From: Alphaproteobacteria bacterium UBA830
GTDB taxonomy: Bacteria; Pseudomonadota; Alphaproteobacteria; MPNO01; UBA830
DNA: 64,000 nt
Reading direction: 5' to 3'
Assembly: GCA_002295635.1 (NCBI GenBank)
Contig: DBHK01000003.1
Location: forward strand, 12,561 to 76,560
Part shown: one piece after another, positions 10,852 to 21,094 of the stretch
Numbering within the stretch: the stretch's first letter is position 1
How the letters are laid out: the number at the start of each line of letters is the position of its first letter
Position numbers and translations under genes: made by a program
The notes under the pieces: model-generated
Seen by the model: the letters and a program-made list of their open reading frames with translations, nothing else
Database searches by the model: none
What the model was told of the DNA's origin: nothing

Positions 10852-11766
10852 ATGGAAAAACTCGATGTTCCGGATAATATAGTCCAGCCTTTTCTCCTTG
10901 AGAATTCGGTTGCGCGGGGACGTTTAGTGCGCCTTGGAACAGTAGCCGACGAGATATTGAACGCACACGACTATCCAGATCCGGTTGCTATCACCCTTGC
11001 GGAAACTCTTGCGCTCGCAGCGGTTGTGGGCGGAATTTTTAAGTTCGATGGTCTGTTTTCCGTACAGGCAAAAGGTGATGGCCCTTTAGGAATAGTGGTT
11101 GCGGACTTAACCAGCGACGGCGCATTACGGGGATATGCCCAGTTTCGCGCCGGAGAAATCGCAACGTTGGAAAAAGAATGGTACAAAAACCCTGTTCCTC
11201 AACTTCTTGGTAGTGGATACCTGAGCTTTACGGTGGATCAGGGTAAGAACACCGACCGATATCAGGGTATTGTTGAACTAACCGGCGCTACCCTCGCAGA
11301 CTGTGCTCATAACTATTTCCAACAGTCCGATCAATTTGATGGGGTGGTTAGGCTTACATCAGGGCGGGATGGGGATGGTGCTTGGCGGTCTGGAGGTCTT
11401 CTGATTCAGAAAATGCCTTCTGAACAATTTGTCATCCAGTCGGAGGATTTTAACGAAGAGGATTTCGAGGTTGCTTGGCGCCGGGCGATTATTCTAATGG
11501 GTAGTAGTCGAGGACAGGAACTTCTAGATGCTGACCTGCATCCGAATGAGCTACTGTTCCGTTTGTTCCATGAAGACGGTGTGCGGGTGTTCGATCCTCT
11601 TCAACTGGAGGCGCGTTGTCGGTGTTCCATAGAGCGGGTTGAGAATATGCTTAAATCTTTTCCGCGTTCCGAGATCGAAAGCCTGAAAAATTTAATTTCC
11701 TGCGAATTCTGCGGCCGCGATTATTCGTTCTCAGGAAAAGACCTCGATCGGATTTTCAACGCTTGA
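10852..11766 (+). CDS. hslO: Hsp33 redox-regulated chaperone
   Basis: RGRLVRLG, YQGIVEL, YFQQSDQ, zinc-site CRCS...CEFC; ATG 10852. Confidence 0.92.
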   Translation: MEKLDVPDNIVQPFLLENSVARGRLVRLGTVADEILNAHDYPDPVAITLAETLALAAVVGGIFKFDGLFSVQAKGDGPLGIVVADLTSDGALRGYAQFRAGEIATLEKEWYKNPVPQLLGSGYLSFTVDQGKNTDRYQGIVELTGATLADCAHNYFQQSDQFDGVVRLTSGRDGDGAWRSGGLLIQKMPSEQFVIQSEDFNEEDFEVAWRRAIILMGSSRGQELLDADLHPNELLFRLFHEDGVRVFDPLQLEARCRCSIERVENMLKSFPRSEIESLKNLISCEFCGRDYSFSGKDLDRIFNA

Positions 11767-11820
11767 TGTTTGTCCAAATCGGGAACATAAAAATCGTTAA
11801 CTTCAATTAGGAGTGACAGA

Positions 11821-12411
11821 ATGGACATCAAATCTGTCAAAATCGCCGGTCTGACATTGGTCGCTATTTTTTTCGCCGCGTGCGCCACCGAAGCTCCGGC
11901 TCCAGGATTTCCGCAGGTCTCGTTCTCTCACCTGCAGCCGATATTGCTGAATGTGGAAAGGATTGAGGTCGAGAATCGTTATGTCTCGCCTGCAGCTCGG
12001 CCGAACGTCGAACACCAATTTCCTTCTTCTCCCGCTGTCGTTGCAACCAATTGGGGACGAGACCGACTTCGCGCCGTAGGTTCATCTGGTGTAGCTCGAG
12101 TTATCGTTCGCCAAGCGAGCGTAGTTGAGGTGCCGTTGAAAAAGTCGGAGGGTTTGAAGGGAATTTTCACGAGAGATCAGTCCGAACGGTACGATGCGAT
12201 GATCGATATGCTGGCCGAAATCCGAGATGAGAATGGTGATGTCCGCGTAAAAGTGGAGTCAAGGGTGAGTCGATCGCAAACGGTGCCTGAAAACACCTCC
12301 CTAATCAAGCGTGAGACGGTTTGGTTTGAAATGACCGAAGCGATGATGAAAGATCTGAATAAAACCCTCGAGAAACAGATCCGAATTCATATGAAGAGCT
12401 GGGTGCGCTGA
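11821..12411 (+). CDS. Hypothetical lipoprotein
   Basis: Signal peptide with lipobox FAAC; AGGAG RBS. Confidence 0.7.
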   Translation: MDIKSVKIAGLTLVAIFFAACATEAPAPGFPQVSFSHLQPILLNVERIEVENRYVSPAARPNVEHQFPSSPAVVATNWGRDRLRAVGSSGVARVIVRQASVVEVPLKKSEGLKGIFTRDQSERYDAMIDMLAEIRDENGDVRVKVESRVSRSQTVPENTSLIKRETVWFEMTEAMMKDLNKTLEKQIRIHMKSWVR

Positions 12412-12519
12412 AAAAAGAACATTTGGCACTTCCCTTAAGGCAGCACACACATAATACAGTCAAGAAATTCTATACAGGCGGCGTGCTGGCCGTTTATAAG
12501 AATTCAACCTGCTACTATT

Positions 12520-13968
12520 CTAGCCTCGCCAGAACCATGGCGCGAAAAGTACGAGGACTGTGAATAGCTCCAGTCGACCCAGTAGCATACCAGCGGACAG
12601 TACCCACTTGGCGCTGTCCGGTAGAGCGGAGAAATTGCCGGTGGGACCAATGGTGTCACCAAGCGCAGGTCCAACATTACAGATCGCCGACGCAGCACCG
12701 GAAATAGCGGTCAGGAAATCTAGACCAATGAAATGGAGTAACCCGGCGATAATTGCAAAGATTAGCATGAATAGGAAGAAGAAGCTCATTACGGAGTTTT
12801 CGATCTCGTCGGTGATCGGTCGTCCATTGAAAGTGCCGATGAAGATGCCGTGTGGCCGAATCAGATGTTTCATCTGTACCTTGGCGGTCTGATAAAGAAT
12901 TTGATACCGGAAAATCTTGATAGAACAGGTGGTTGATCCAGCGCATCCTCCAATGAACATTATAAAAAAGAACACACCAGTGGCAAATGATCCCCAACTC
13001 GCATAATTGGCTGAAGAGTATCCTGTTCCAGTTATGATTGAAGTGACATTAAAGGCTGACTCACGCAGCGCCTGGAAGATATTGATATCATTTTTGATGT
13101 AATGAGCAACCGTCACTGCCATAACGAAAAATGCTACGATCAGGAAGAACCACCGTACTTGGTTGTCTCGCCATAACAGAAGGGGCTTCCCCCGAAGGGC
13201 TTGCAGATAGAGCGCGAAGGGTAGCGCCCCAAGCAGCATGAAACTAGTAATAATAATTTCCGCTGAAGGGTTGACGAACGCACCGATGGAACCGTCACGG
13301 GTAGAGAAACCGCCTGTCGCAATTGTCGTCATCGCATGTGCGATTGCGTCGAACCCCCTAAGACCGGAGAACCAGAGAAGGGTGGCGCAGGCTAAAGTTA
13401 ACGCCAGATAGACAAATCCGACCCCGCTTGCGACTTGGGCGACTCGTGGCATTACTTTTTCCGAACCATCAGAAGATTCAGTCTGAAACAATTGGTTGCC
13501 GCCAATCTTAAGCATTGGCAAAATCGCAATCGACATGACGATAATTCCGATTCCGCCCAGCCATTGAAGAATTGCACGCCATAACAATATGCCGTTTGGA
13601 GCTGAATCCAGATTAGAGATAACCGTCGAACCTGTGGTGGTGAGCCCCGACATTGCTTCGAAAAAGGCGTCCGTGAGACCAAGATCAAGATCGGCGAAAG
13701 CGAAAGGTAGAGCAGCAAAAAACGTCATGGCCACCCAACTGGCCGTTGTTAGAACAAACGCCTGACGTACTGACAGACGTGACGGTGGAGACATAGTGGT
13801 GAACAGCAGGGTTATGCCGATAAACGCCGTCAGCGCTGCCGCCGCCGCAAAGACTTGCCAGTCTGGATGTCCTACCACCAGATCGGCGATTAGCGGTGCA
13901 CACATCGCCGCTGCTAAAGTCGTGAGGAGAATGCCTATGATATATAAAATTGGACGGAAATCGAGCAC
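12520..13968 (-). CDS. trkH: Trk potassium uptake membrane protein
   Basis: FFEAMSGLTTTG, QWLGGIGII, ATGGFS, GGCAGST, LGRLE. Confidence 0.95.
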   Translation of the reverse strand: MLDFRPILYIIGILLTTLAAAMCAPLIADLVVGHPDWQVFAAAAALTAFIGITLLFTTMSPPSRLSVRQAFVLTTASWVAMTFFAALPFAFADLDLGLTDAFFEAMSGLTTTGSTVISNLDSAPNGILLWRAILQWLGGIGIIVMSIAILPMLKIGGNQLFQTESSDGSEKVMPRVAQVASGVGFVYLALTLACATLLWFSGLRGFDAIAHAMTTIATGGFSTRDGSIGAFVNPSAEIIITSFMLLGALPFALYLQALRGKPLLLWRDNQVRWFFLIVAFFVMAVTVAHYIKNDINIFQALRESAFNVTSIITGTGYSSANYASWGSFATGVFFFIMFIGGCAGSTTCSIKIFRYQILYQTAKVQMKHLIRPHGIFIGTFNGRPITDEIENSVMSFFFLFMLIFAIIAGLLHFIGLDFLTAISGAASAICNVGPALGDTIGPTGNFSALPDSAKWVLSAGMLLGRLELFTVLVLFAPWFWRG

Positions 13969-14029
13969 GGCTCTGATCCGGTTTTATGACCTAGGTTAGG
14001 ACGCTATTAAGGATTTGCCGCAGCATAGT

Positions 14030-14422
14030 TTAGTTTACCTGCCGGGGTTCGTGAGGTGAGTCCAACGAAAAGGCCGGGATCTCGATGTCGAATTTTTCAC
14101 CATGGGGGTTCTTCATCTGGTAGGTGCCTTTCATTATACCTGAGGAGGTCGGTAACGGCGTGCCGCTTGTATACTCGTACGAATCACCCGGGTTTAGGAC
14201 CGGTTGCTCGCCGACTACGCCGGCGCCTCGTACCTCCTGTATCCGGCCAAGTCCATCCGTAATATGCCAGTAACGAGTCAGCAGTTGTACTGTCTCCGGC
14301 CCAACGTTTTCAATCTGGACTCGGTAGGCCCAGACAAACTGTCCATCTTCTGGCTCCGATTGTTCCTCCAGATAAATTGGCTCTACATCGACGCGGATCT
14401 CTCGTGTGACAGCAGAATACAT
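14030..14422 (-). CDS. apaG: ApaG protein
   Basis: [30 protein letters not shown]. Confidence 0.95.
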   Translation of the reverse strand: MYSAVTREIRVDVEPIYLEEQSEPEDGQFVWAYRVQIENVGPETVQLLTRYWHITDGLGRIQEVRGAGVVGEQPVLNPGDSYEYTSGTPLPTSSGIMKGTYQMKNPHGEKFDIEIPAFSLDSPHEPRQVN

Positions 14423-14480
14423 ATGGTGTGGTCCGATTAAAAGCAGATGTTAGTGTAGTTGATTTTTTAAACTAGTTAAA

Positions 14481-15704
14481 TCAACGATCTTTATTGGCGT
14501 CGGCACAACGGGCAGCGGTAAAGGCCTGTTCTAGGTCGTCCCTCACGTCGAGTGGATCTTCGAGTCCGACTGACAACCGGACCATGCCGTCGTCCAGCCC
14601 CAGACTATCTCGATCTTCTGCCGATAAGCGTTGGTGGGTTGTCGTAGCTGGATGCGTTAGGAGGCTTTTAGAATCACCGAGATTATTTGAAATGTCTATC
14701 AGTTTCATAGAGTTCATGAGCTTGAACACAGCCTCCTTCCCGTCTTCATGCGAGAAGGTAATCACGTTGCCAAAATCCGACATTTGTTTCGATGCCAGCT
14801 CATACTGAGGGTGGCTTTGGAGACCCGGATACCGGACCTTAGAAAGGTCGCCTCGCGTTTCGAGGTAGTCTGCAATCAAACGGGCGTTTTCGCAATGCCG
14901 ACGGATACGAAGATCTAACGTTTCTAGTCCCTTCAACATGACCCAAGCGTTAAAAGGGCTCAGTGAAGGACCTGTATGCCGGAGAAAGGGCTTGAGGGTA
15001 TTTTCGCAATAATCTTCGTCCCCAAGTACTACGCCGCCAAGGCATCTGCCTTGGCCATCGATGTGCTTGGTAGCAGAGTAAACCACAATATCGGCTCCGA
15101 GTTGGATGGGTCTTTGCAGCAGAGGTGTGGCGAATACGTTGTCTACAATAACCTTGGCCCCGGAAGAATGCGCGAGATCTGCGACCGCCGAAATGTCGAC
15201 AATCTCTAGGCCGGGGTTCGACGGGGTCTCAACAAACACGCATTTGGTCCGCCGTCTTAGTGCATCCTCCCACTGGTTGAGATCGGTAGCGTCAACAATT
15301 GTGACATCCACCCCGTACTTCGGAAGAATATCAGTCAAGATATAGAGGCAGGATCCAAAAAGAGCTCGGCTACCAACGACATGATCGCCAGCCTCTACCA
15401 TACATGCCATCGACGCGAACACTGCAGACATACCTGTGGCAGTTGCTTTGCCCTTGTCTGCACCTTCGATTAGCGCCATCCGTTCTTGGAACATATCTAC
15501 GGTAGGATTGGAGAACCGAGAATAGATGAATCGGTCGTTAATACCTTGGAAAGCTTTTTCGGCCTGCTCGGCGTATTCGTACACATAGCCTGATGTCGCA
15601 AATATCGCTTCGCCGGTTTCGCCGAATTCGCTGCGCTTTGTGCCTCCCCGTACTGCCAGCGTTTGTCCACGCCAACTATCCTGAACCGGTTTGTTTATTG
15701 CCAT
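14481..15704 (-). CDS. metZ: O-succinylhomoserine sulfhydrylase
   Basis: YSRFSNPTV, SATKHIDGQGR, DISNNLGDSKS, HPATTTH; SAM riboswitch upstream. Confidence 0.93.
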   Translation of the reverse strand: MAINKPVQDSWRGQTLAVRGGTKRSEFGETGEAIFATSGYVYEYAEQAEKAFQGINDRFIYSRFSNPTVDMFQERMALIEGADKGKATATGMSAVFASMACMVEAGDHVVGSRALFGSCLYILTDILPKYGVDVTIVDATDLNQWEDALRRRTKCVFVETPSNPGLEIVDISAVADLAHSSGAKVIVDNVFATPLLQRPIQLGADIVVYSATKHIDGQGRCLGGVVLGDEDYCENTLKPFLRHTGPSLSPFNAWVMLKGLETLDLRIRRHCENARLIADYLETRGDLSKVRYPGLQSHPQYELASKQMSDFGNVITFSHEDGKEAVFKLMNSMKLIDISNNLGDSKSLLTHPATTTHQRLSAEDRDSLGLDDGMVRLSVGLEDPLDVRDDLEQAFTAARCADANKDR

Positions 15705-15731
15705 TTTTCGCTCCTGGGAAAACGCCGAAAT

Positions 15732-15761
15732 AAAAATCCCCGACCTAAGGGCCGGGGTTTT
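15732..15761 (-). terminator. Intrinsic terminator in the metZ leader (riboswitch expression platform)
   Basis: Minus strand AAAACCCCGGCC-CTTA-GGTCGGGGATTTTT: GC-rich stem followed by a T run. Confidence 0.65.
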
Positions 15762-15767
15762 CAGGAA

Positions 15768-15835
15768 TCTCCCGACCTTTTAGCGTTTATTTTAACGTGG
15801 CCGCAAGCCGGTCGGCTCAAATTACCACGACAGTT
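15768..15835 (-). ncRNA. SAM-II (SAM_alpha) riboswitch
   Basis: Minus strand CGTGGTAATTTGAGCCGACCGGCTTGCGGCCACGTTAAAATAAACGCTAAAAG fits the SAM_alpha pattern (GTGG..ATTTG..CCG..CTTGC.GCCACG..AAA..CGCTAAA) and lies upstream of metZ. Confidence 0.92.
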
Positions 15836-15877
15836 AGTGAGAAATACCCCCGTCGGGATTTTACGTCAAGAAATGCT

Positions 15878-16882
15878 TTAATGCCTAGTTTCCCTCCACC
15901 GCCAGACTGCGGCAGAAAAGAGGATCATTGCGCCAGCTTGATGGGCCCAGGCGATAAAAATCATTGCCTCAGAAAGAATAGTTAAAACACCTAGTCCGAA
16001 TTGAAACAAAGCCACGGCACCAAGGATATTGAGTGCTGTTGATCTATTGGCTCGGTCACGCCACCAGATCCAAATGATCACGGTGACGGTGACGGTAGCG
16101 AGGATACGGTGGAGCCACTGAACAAGGCCTATGTTATCGAATAGGTTAAGAACAAGTGGCGAAGAAGAAAGCGAATACGGTGGAAAAAAGTGTCCATCCA
16201 TCAGTGGGAACGTGTTAAATACCGAGCCACCATCTAAACCCGCCATGAAGGCGCCCCATATCATAGTCGTGAAAACAAGCGCGGCCGGCCAACTCGATCC
16301 GTAGGCAGATCTAAAGGATTTTCTCCTTCCGGGCCGAAGGCCGATGGCGATAAATAACATGATTCCATAAATCATAACGGCCAGCCCGAGATGCGCAGCG
16401 AGCCGGTAGTGGCTGACGGAGGGGTCTTCCACCAGCCCCGATTTGACCATGTACCAGCCTAGTACGCCCTGCGCCGCACCTAACACAAAAAGTAGACCCA
16501 AGCTTACCGTTAGCCGAGTTGTCAGCCGGTAACGGAAAGCAAACCAGAGGAGAGGCAAAAGATAGACAATACCGAGAATGCGACCCAGTAATCGATGTAA
16601 GTATTCAAGCCAGAAGATACGTTTAAAGTCCTCCAGCCCCATCCAGAAATTGAGTTTTACGAATTCTGGCGAATTTCGGTAAGCGTCAAATATGGACGCC
16701 CAAGCGGAGTCGGAAGTGGGTGGTAACCATCCGGTAACAGGGCGCCAATAGACCATCGAAAGACCGGATTCGGTCAATCGCGTAATCCCACCGAGGAGTA
16801 CCATCGTGAAAACAAAGCCGCAGCAGACAAAAAGCCAAATACGGATCGATTTGTAGGGCGGATTGGCACGAACCAATGCCAT
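15878..16882 (-). CDS. ctaA: Heme A synthase (COX15/CtaA)
   Basis: GGITRLTESGLSM, EYLHRLLGR, GWYMVKSGL, YRLAAHL. Confidence 0.93.
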   Translation of the reverse strand: MALVRANPPYKSIRIWLFVCCGFVFTMVLLGGITRLTESGLSMVYWRPVTGWLPPTSDSAWASIFDAYRNSPEFVKLNFWMGLEDFKRIFWLEYLHRLLGRILGIVYLLPLLWFAFRYRLTTRLTVSLGLLFVLGAAQGVLGWYMVKSGLVEDPSVSHYRLAAHLGLAVMIYGIMLFIAIGLRPGRRKSFRSAYGSSWPAALVFTTMIWGAFMAGLDGGSVFNTFPLMDGHFFPPYSLSSSPLVLNLFDNIGLVQWLHRILATVTVTVIIWIWWRDRANRSTALNILGAVALFQFGLGVLTILSEAMIFIAWAHQAGAMILFSAAVWRWRETRH

Positions 16883-17022
16883 ATATTTACGCCTTTCAGG
16901 TTTAATTTTATAGCTAGTTAGTCAGGCCCAGACCTTCTGGCAACCGGTTGCGGCGCTTTGTTGGCAAACAATAATGTAAGTGACAGCCCCTCGATCGTGG
17001 CTGATGCGCCACCCGGCCATAG

Positions 17023-19788
17023 TTAAGTTGATAGAAAACCATGGGTGATAGCCACTGCGTCAGCAAGGCCAACACGTTCGATTTTAACACCGTGGGGGAA
17101 GGCACCCGCAAGCCGAGACGGCATCATTGGGTCTAGAATTACGAACATGCCAGAGTCTTTATTCCGCCTTACTAGGCGGCCGTAGGCCTGTTTGAGGCGC
17201 AGTCGGGTAATTAGGTCGTCATATTGGGATCTTTTGAACGCCTTGCGACGGGCGCGATGTAATATTGAAGGACGTGGCCAAGGCACTCGGTCGAATACGA
17301 TTAGCCGCAAACTACGCCCAGGAACATCTACCCCATCGCGTATCGCATCCGTCCCCAGAAGACAGGATTTCTCCTCTGCGCGAAATATATCGACCAAACA
17401 ACCAGTATCGATCCGATCGACGTGTTGGGCTAATAAAAGATTACCGGCGTCTTCCATCTGGGGGGCAATGCTTTTGTGTACGGCCCGCAGCCTGGAGATT
17501 GCCGTGAATATTCCAAGCGCACCGCCGCCCGCGGCGAGGAACAACTCCCGATAGGCCGTAGCTACCTGGGTTATATCATTCTTGCTTACATCAGTGACGA
17601 CCACGACTTTTGTTTGTTTGGCATAATCGAATGGAGACGAAACCTGGGCGCGATACGGCGGTTCTTCAAGGTGTATCGTACCCGTACGCTCTTCCGCAGC
17701 AAGCCAGTCAATTTCTGCGTTGCCAGTACCGTCGCGAAGTGTGGCTGAGGTTACCACTATTCCGTGGGCCGGCGCTGCCACGGATCTGGCAAACGGCAGC
17801 ATTGGGTCAACCCAGTGTCTATGCATACTGATATCGACATCTCGCCCTTGAGACCGGGAGATCGAAAACCAGTCTACAAATTCCTCTGATGTACCGTCGA
17901 CAAGCGCGTCGAGCATCGAACACCAGGGTTCCAATTGAGCTTCCAAGCGGCGGCGCAGGCCTCGGACTACACTCTCGATCCGGTTACGCTGGGCGGTTTC
18001 AAGTTCACTGGCGTTTTTGCCCAGCACCAAAATTAGTCGTTCGGAGAGTTTTTCCATTGGTTGCATCAACCGATTGAGCGATATCCTCAAAGTTTTTGCG
18101 GCCTCAAGCAGGCCTGGTGTCGGGCTATCGGTCTCGACTTCCAGATTATACGGCGATCGAGCGTCCTTGGCTCGCGCATATACTTGTTCACGGAGCCCGG
18201 CAAAAAATAGTTCCGATTCTCCGAGCGATGTGCCACCAGCAATGCGCTGATTCCAGCCCGGACCGGGCAGGATGTGCGCGGCCTCTGTAATCAATCCGAC
18301 CAATTCGGCGGCCCGTTTGTCGAGAGCGGTGACATCCTCGATACGTCGCCGTAATCCTCTCGCCCGTGTTTTATGACCCTCTTCTGGACCGAGCAGCCAG
18401 CGACGCAGTTCCGTGCCTTCTTGGCCGCTTAGCTGTGCCGAGAAGGCGCTATCCGCCGCGTCAAATAGATGATGTCCTTCGTCGAAAACCAGCCGAGTTG
18501 GATAGTGTCCATCATCCATCCCGCCTGAGGCAATTTGCGCCATCACCAGAGCATGATTAGCAACGACGATATCAGCGCGTTTCGCACGTCGGATCGTCTT
18601 TTCCACGAAGCATTTGTGATAATGAGTGCATCCCGAATAGATACATTCGCCACGCCGGTCGGTTAAGCCGGTTGTGTTGCGGGCACCTGCGAGATCAACC
18701 AGCCACGCCGGAAAGTCGCCGCCAGTGATATCGCCGTCGCGGGTCGCGGTCAGCCAACGCGCCATGAGCCCCAGCCCAATAGAATCGTCGGGACGGCTCT
18801 GCAATCCGGAGAGTGCATCTTCGTAATTTAACAGGCATAGGTAATTTTCTCGGCCCTTGCGGATAACAACTTTACGGTTCTTAGTAACGGGATCGGGATG
18901 CAGGCGATTGAGTTCATCATCGATCTGGCGCTGAAGGTTTCGAGTATAAGTGCTAATCCATACAGTGCTATCATTTCGCTCAGCCCAGAGGCTGGCCGGT
19001 GCAATATAGCCGAGAGTTTTGCCTACACCGGTTCCAGCTTCCGCAAGTACCGCTTTTGGAGCGCTCGCTTCGTCGCGTGGTGCGAAAGCTTGAGATACGG
19101 CGGAAGCGTAGTCTCCCTGCTGTGGGCGGTCTTCCGCATCGTTGCCGACGAGTTCGGCAAGTCGGGTCCGTGTCTCGTCCGAAGACACCAAAATATTGCC
19201 AGGCTGTCCTTCCGGTGCGAATTCCGACCACTCCGGGAGGCGATGCCATACTTCCAGCGCCCTACTCTCAATCCCGTGCAAGGTGGGGAGAGATTCTGCC
19301 GCAAGAGACCTCAAAACTATCGGCGTCCATGCCCATTTTCCGGCTCCCATGACCTGTGCCGTTTCGATAATGAGATTGCGGTCGTGCTCTGGTGCCACGC
19401 GAATGAGGTCTGTCAGCAGGAGGTCAATTGCGCGCTGTAGCAGCAGCGCTTGGTCTTCAAGTGCATCTGAGCTTTCCAGATTAAGCGCATCCGCCAGACC
19501 CGATGGTGTCGGACGGCAGAATCGGGCCGGGTGTACGAAAGCAAATAGTTCTAGGATATCGAGCGCTGGAAAGGGGGGGATGTTGAGGCGTCGCGCGGTT
19601 GCTGGCACATGACATACTATCGGAAGCAGGCCACGTTCGATTTGTTTGATTGCGGCCGCTTTTTTTAGTGTTTTCAGCGATCCGTCAGCGAAGGCAACGA
19701 CTGCACCTCTGTGACCGACCGCCAACGCGGCAACATTCATTTGGTGGGCCGGCGCGGATTCAGAATAACTGGAGTTTGCATCGACCAT
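17023..19788 (-). CDS. DinG-family ATP-dependent DNA helicase
   Basis: Walker A EAGTGVGKT, Fe-S cysteines (YLC, CIYSGCTHYHKC), DEGHH, TSATL, QAYGRLVR; start 19788 (ORF extends to 19857). Confidence 0.92.
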   Translation of the reverse strand: MVDANSSYSESAPAHQMNVAALAVGHRGAVVAFADGSLKTLKKAAAIKQIERGLLPIVCHVPATARRLNIPPFPALDILELFAFVHPARFCRPTPSGLADALNLESSDALEDQALLLQRAIDLLLTDLIRVAPEHDRNLIIETAQVMGAGKWAWTPIVLRSLAAESLPTLHGIESRALEVWHRLPEWSEFAPEGQPGNILVSSDETRTRLAELVGNDAEDRPQQGDYASAVSQAFAPRDEASAPKAVLAEAGTGVGKTLGYIAPASLWAERNDSTVWISTYTRNLQRQIDDELNRLHPDPVTKNRKVVIRKGRENYLCLLNYEDALSGLQSRPDDSIGLGLMARWLTATRDGDITGGDFPAWLVDLAGARNTTGLTDRRGECIYSGCTHYHKCFVEKTIRRAKRADIVVANHALVMAQIASGGMDDGHYPTRLVFDEGHHLFDAADSAFSAQLSGQEGTELRRWLLGPEEGHKTRARGLRRRIEDVTALDKRAAELVGLITEAAHILPGPGWNQRIAGGTSLGESELFFAGLREQVYARAKDARSPYNLEVETDSPTPGLLEAAKTLRISLNRLMQPMEKLSERLILVLGKNASELETAQRNRIESVVRGLRRRLEAQLEPWCSMLDALVDGTSEEFVDWFSISRSQGRDVDISMHRHWVDPMLPFARSVAAPAHGIVVTSATLRDGTGNAEIDWLAAEERTGTIHLEEPPYRAQVSSPFDYAKQTKVVVVTDVSKNDITQVATAYRELFLAAGGGALGIFTAISRLRAVHKSIAPQMEDAGNLLLAQHVDRIDTGCLVDIFRAEEKSCLLGTDAIRDGVDVPGRSLRLIVFDRVPWPRPSILHRARRKAFKRSQYDDLITRLRLKQAYGRLVRRNKDSGMFVILDPMMPSRLAGAFPHGVKIERVGLADAVAITHGFLST

Positions 19789-19880
19789 ACCCGAGTATAC
19801 ACGAATCCTCTGCGTCGGTATTTTCTTGCGAGTAAAGATGCGCCATCTTGTGCACATGCAGAGCTTGATTTAAAAATAAT

Positions 19881-19898
19881 TTTTACATATGTGTAAAA
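19881..19898. promoter_or_regulatory. Palindromic operator candidate
   Basis: TTTTACA-TATG-TGTAAAA in the AT-rich divergent region between the helicase and the acyl-CoA dehydrogenase. Confidence 0.45.
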
Positions 19899-19928
19899 TT
19901 AATTGATTGCTCTATCAAGGATACCATC

Positions 19929-21083
19929 ATGACCGGTGAGTACGCAGATATTCGGGAACAAGTTCAGAAGCTTTGTGCGCAGTATCCTAGTGAATACTGG
20001 CGCAAGCTTGACGCGAAGCGGGAATATCCGACGGAATTTGTCGAGGCCTTAACTAAGGCTGGATACCTCTCCGTCCTAATTCCCGAAGAATTTGGAGGTT
20101 CGGGTCTCGGAATCACAGCGGCAGCAGTTATCATGGAGGAAATCCAGAAGTCTGGATGTAATGGCGGTGCCTGTCATGCCCAAATGTACACCATGGGTAC
20201 GGTGCTACGTCACGGCTCGGACGAGCAGAAACGAAAATATCTGCCCGGGATCGCCTCAGGAGACCTCCGTATGCAAGCCTTTGGCGTGACGGAGCCAACC
20301 AGCGGGACCGACACTCTGAGTCTGCGAACGACGGCGACCAAGAATGGTAACGGGGATTATGTGATCAATGGGCAGAAGATATGGACGTCCCGGGTTGAAC
20401 ATTCGGACTTGATGCTTCTATTGGCGCGGACCCAGTCGCGAGAAGAGGTCGAAAAACGCACTGACGGATTGTCAGTCTTTATAGTTGATATTCGCGAGGC
20501 GCATGGAAACGGGCTGGAGATCAAGCCTATCCGAACGATGATCAACCATGCTACCACCGAGGTGTTTTTCGATGATCTGGTTGTTCCCAAGGATTGCTTG
20601 GTCGGTTCAGAAGGCAAGGGTTTTCGCTATATTCTTGACGGTATGAATGCTGAGCGGATCCTGATTGCCGCGGAGTGCATCGGTGATGCTCTCTGGTTCA
20701 TCCAAAAGGCAACCGATTATGCCAATAACCGCAACGTATTTGGTCGCGAAATTGGTAAAAATCAAGGTATACAGTTCCCGATCGCGGAAGCGCATATGCA
20801 GACCGAGGCGGCGAACCTAATGGTCGAGAAAGCGGCGCGCCTTTTTGAGGCTGGCGGGCAGAGGGGCGCCGAGGCGAACATGGCAAAATACTTGGCGTCC
20901 GAAGCCTCTTGGAAAGCGGCCGATATGTGTATGCAAACCCATGGCGGTTTTGCTTTTGCTGAGGAATACGATGTTGAGAGGAAGTTCCGAGAAACTAGGC
21001 TTTACCGTATCGCGCCTATCTCGAATAACTTGGTACTATCGTTCGTCGCAGAACACGTTCTCGGTCTACCGAAAAGCTACTGA
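19929..21083 (+). CDS. Acyl-CoA dehydrogenase
   Basis: FGVTEPTSGTD, INGQKIWTS, QTHGGFAFAEEYDVERKFRE. Confidence 0.93.
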   Translation: MTGEYADIREQVQKLCAQYPSEYWRKLDAKREYPTEFVEALTKAGYLSVLIPEEFGGSGLGITAAAVIMEEIQKSGCNGGACHAQMYTMGTVLRHGSDEQKRKYLPGIASGDLRMQAFGVTEPTSGTDTLSLRTTATKNGNGDYVINGQKIWTSRVEHSDLMLLLARTQSREEVEKRTDGLSVFIVDIREAHGNGLEIKPIRTMINHATTEVFFDDLVVPKDCLVGSEGKGFRYILDGMNAERILIAAECIGDALWFIQKATDYANNRNVFGREIGKNQGIQFPIAEAHMQTEAANLMVEKAARLFEAGGQRGAEANMAKYLASEASWKAADMCMQTHGGFAFAEEYDVERKFRETRLYRIAPISNNLVLSFVAEHVLGLPKSY

Positions 21084-21094
21084 GAACCTCAGTA

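Noticed and set aside
17023-19788. DinG helicase as a type IV CRISPR or defence component
   Set aside because: No cas genes nearby; ordinary housekeeping context next to ctaA
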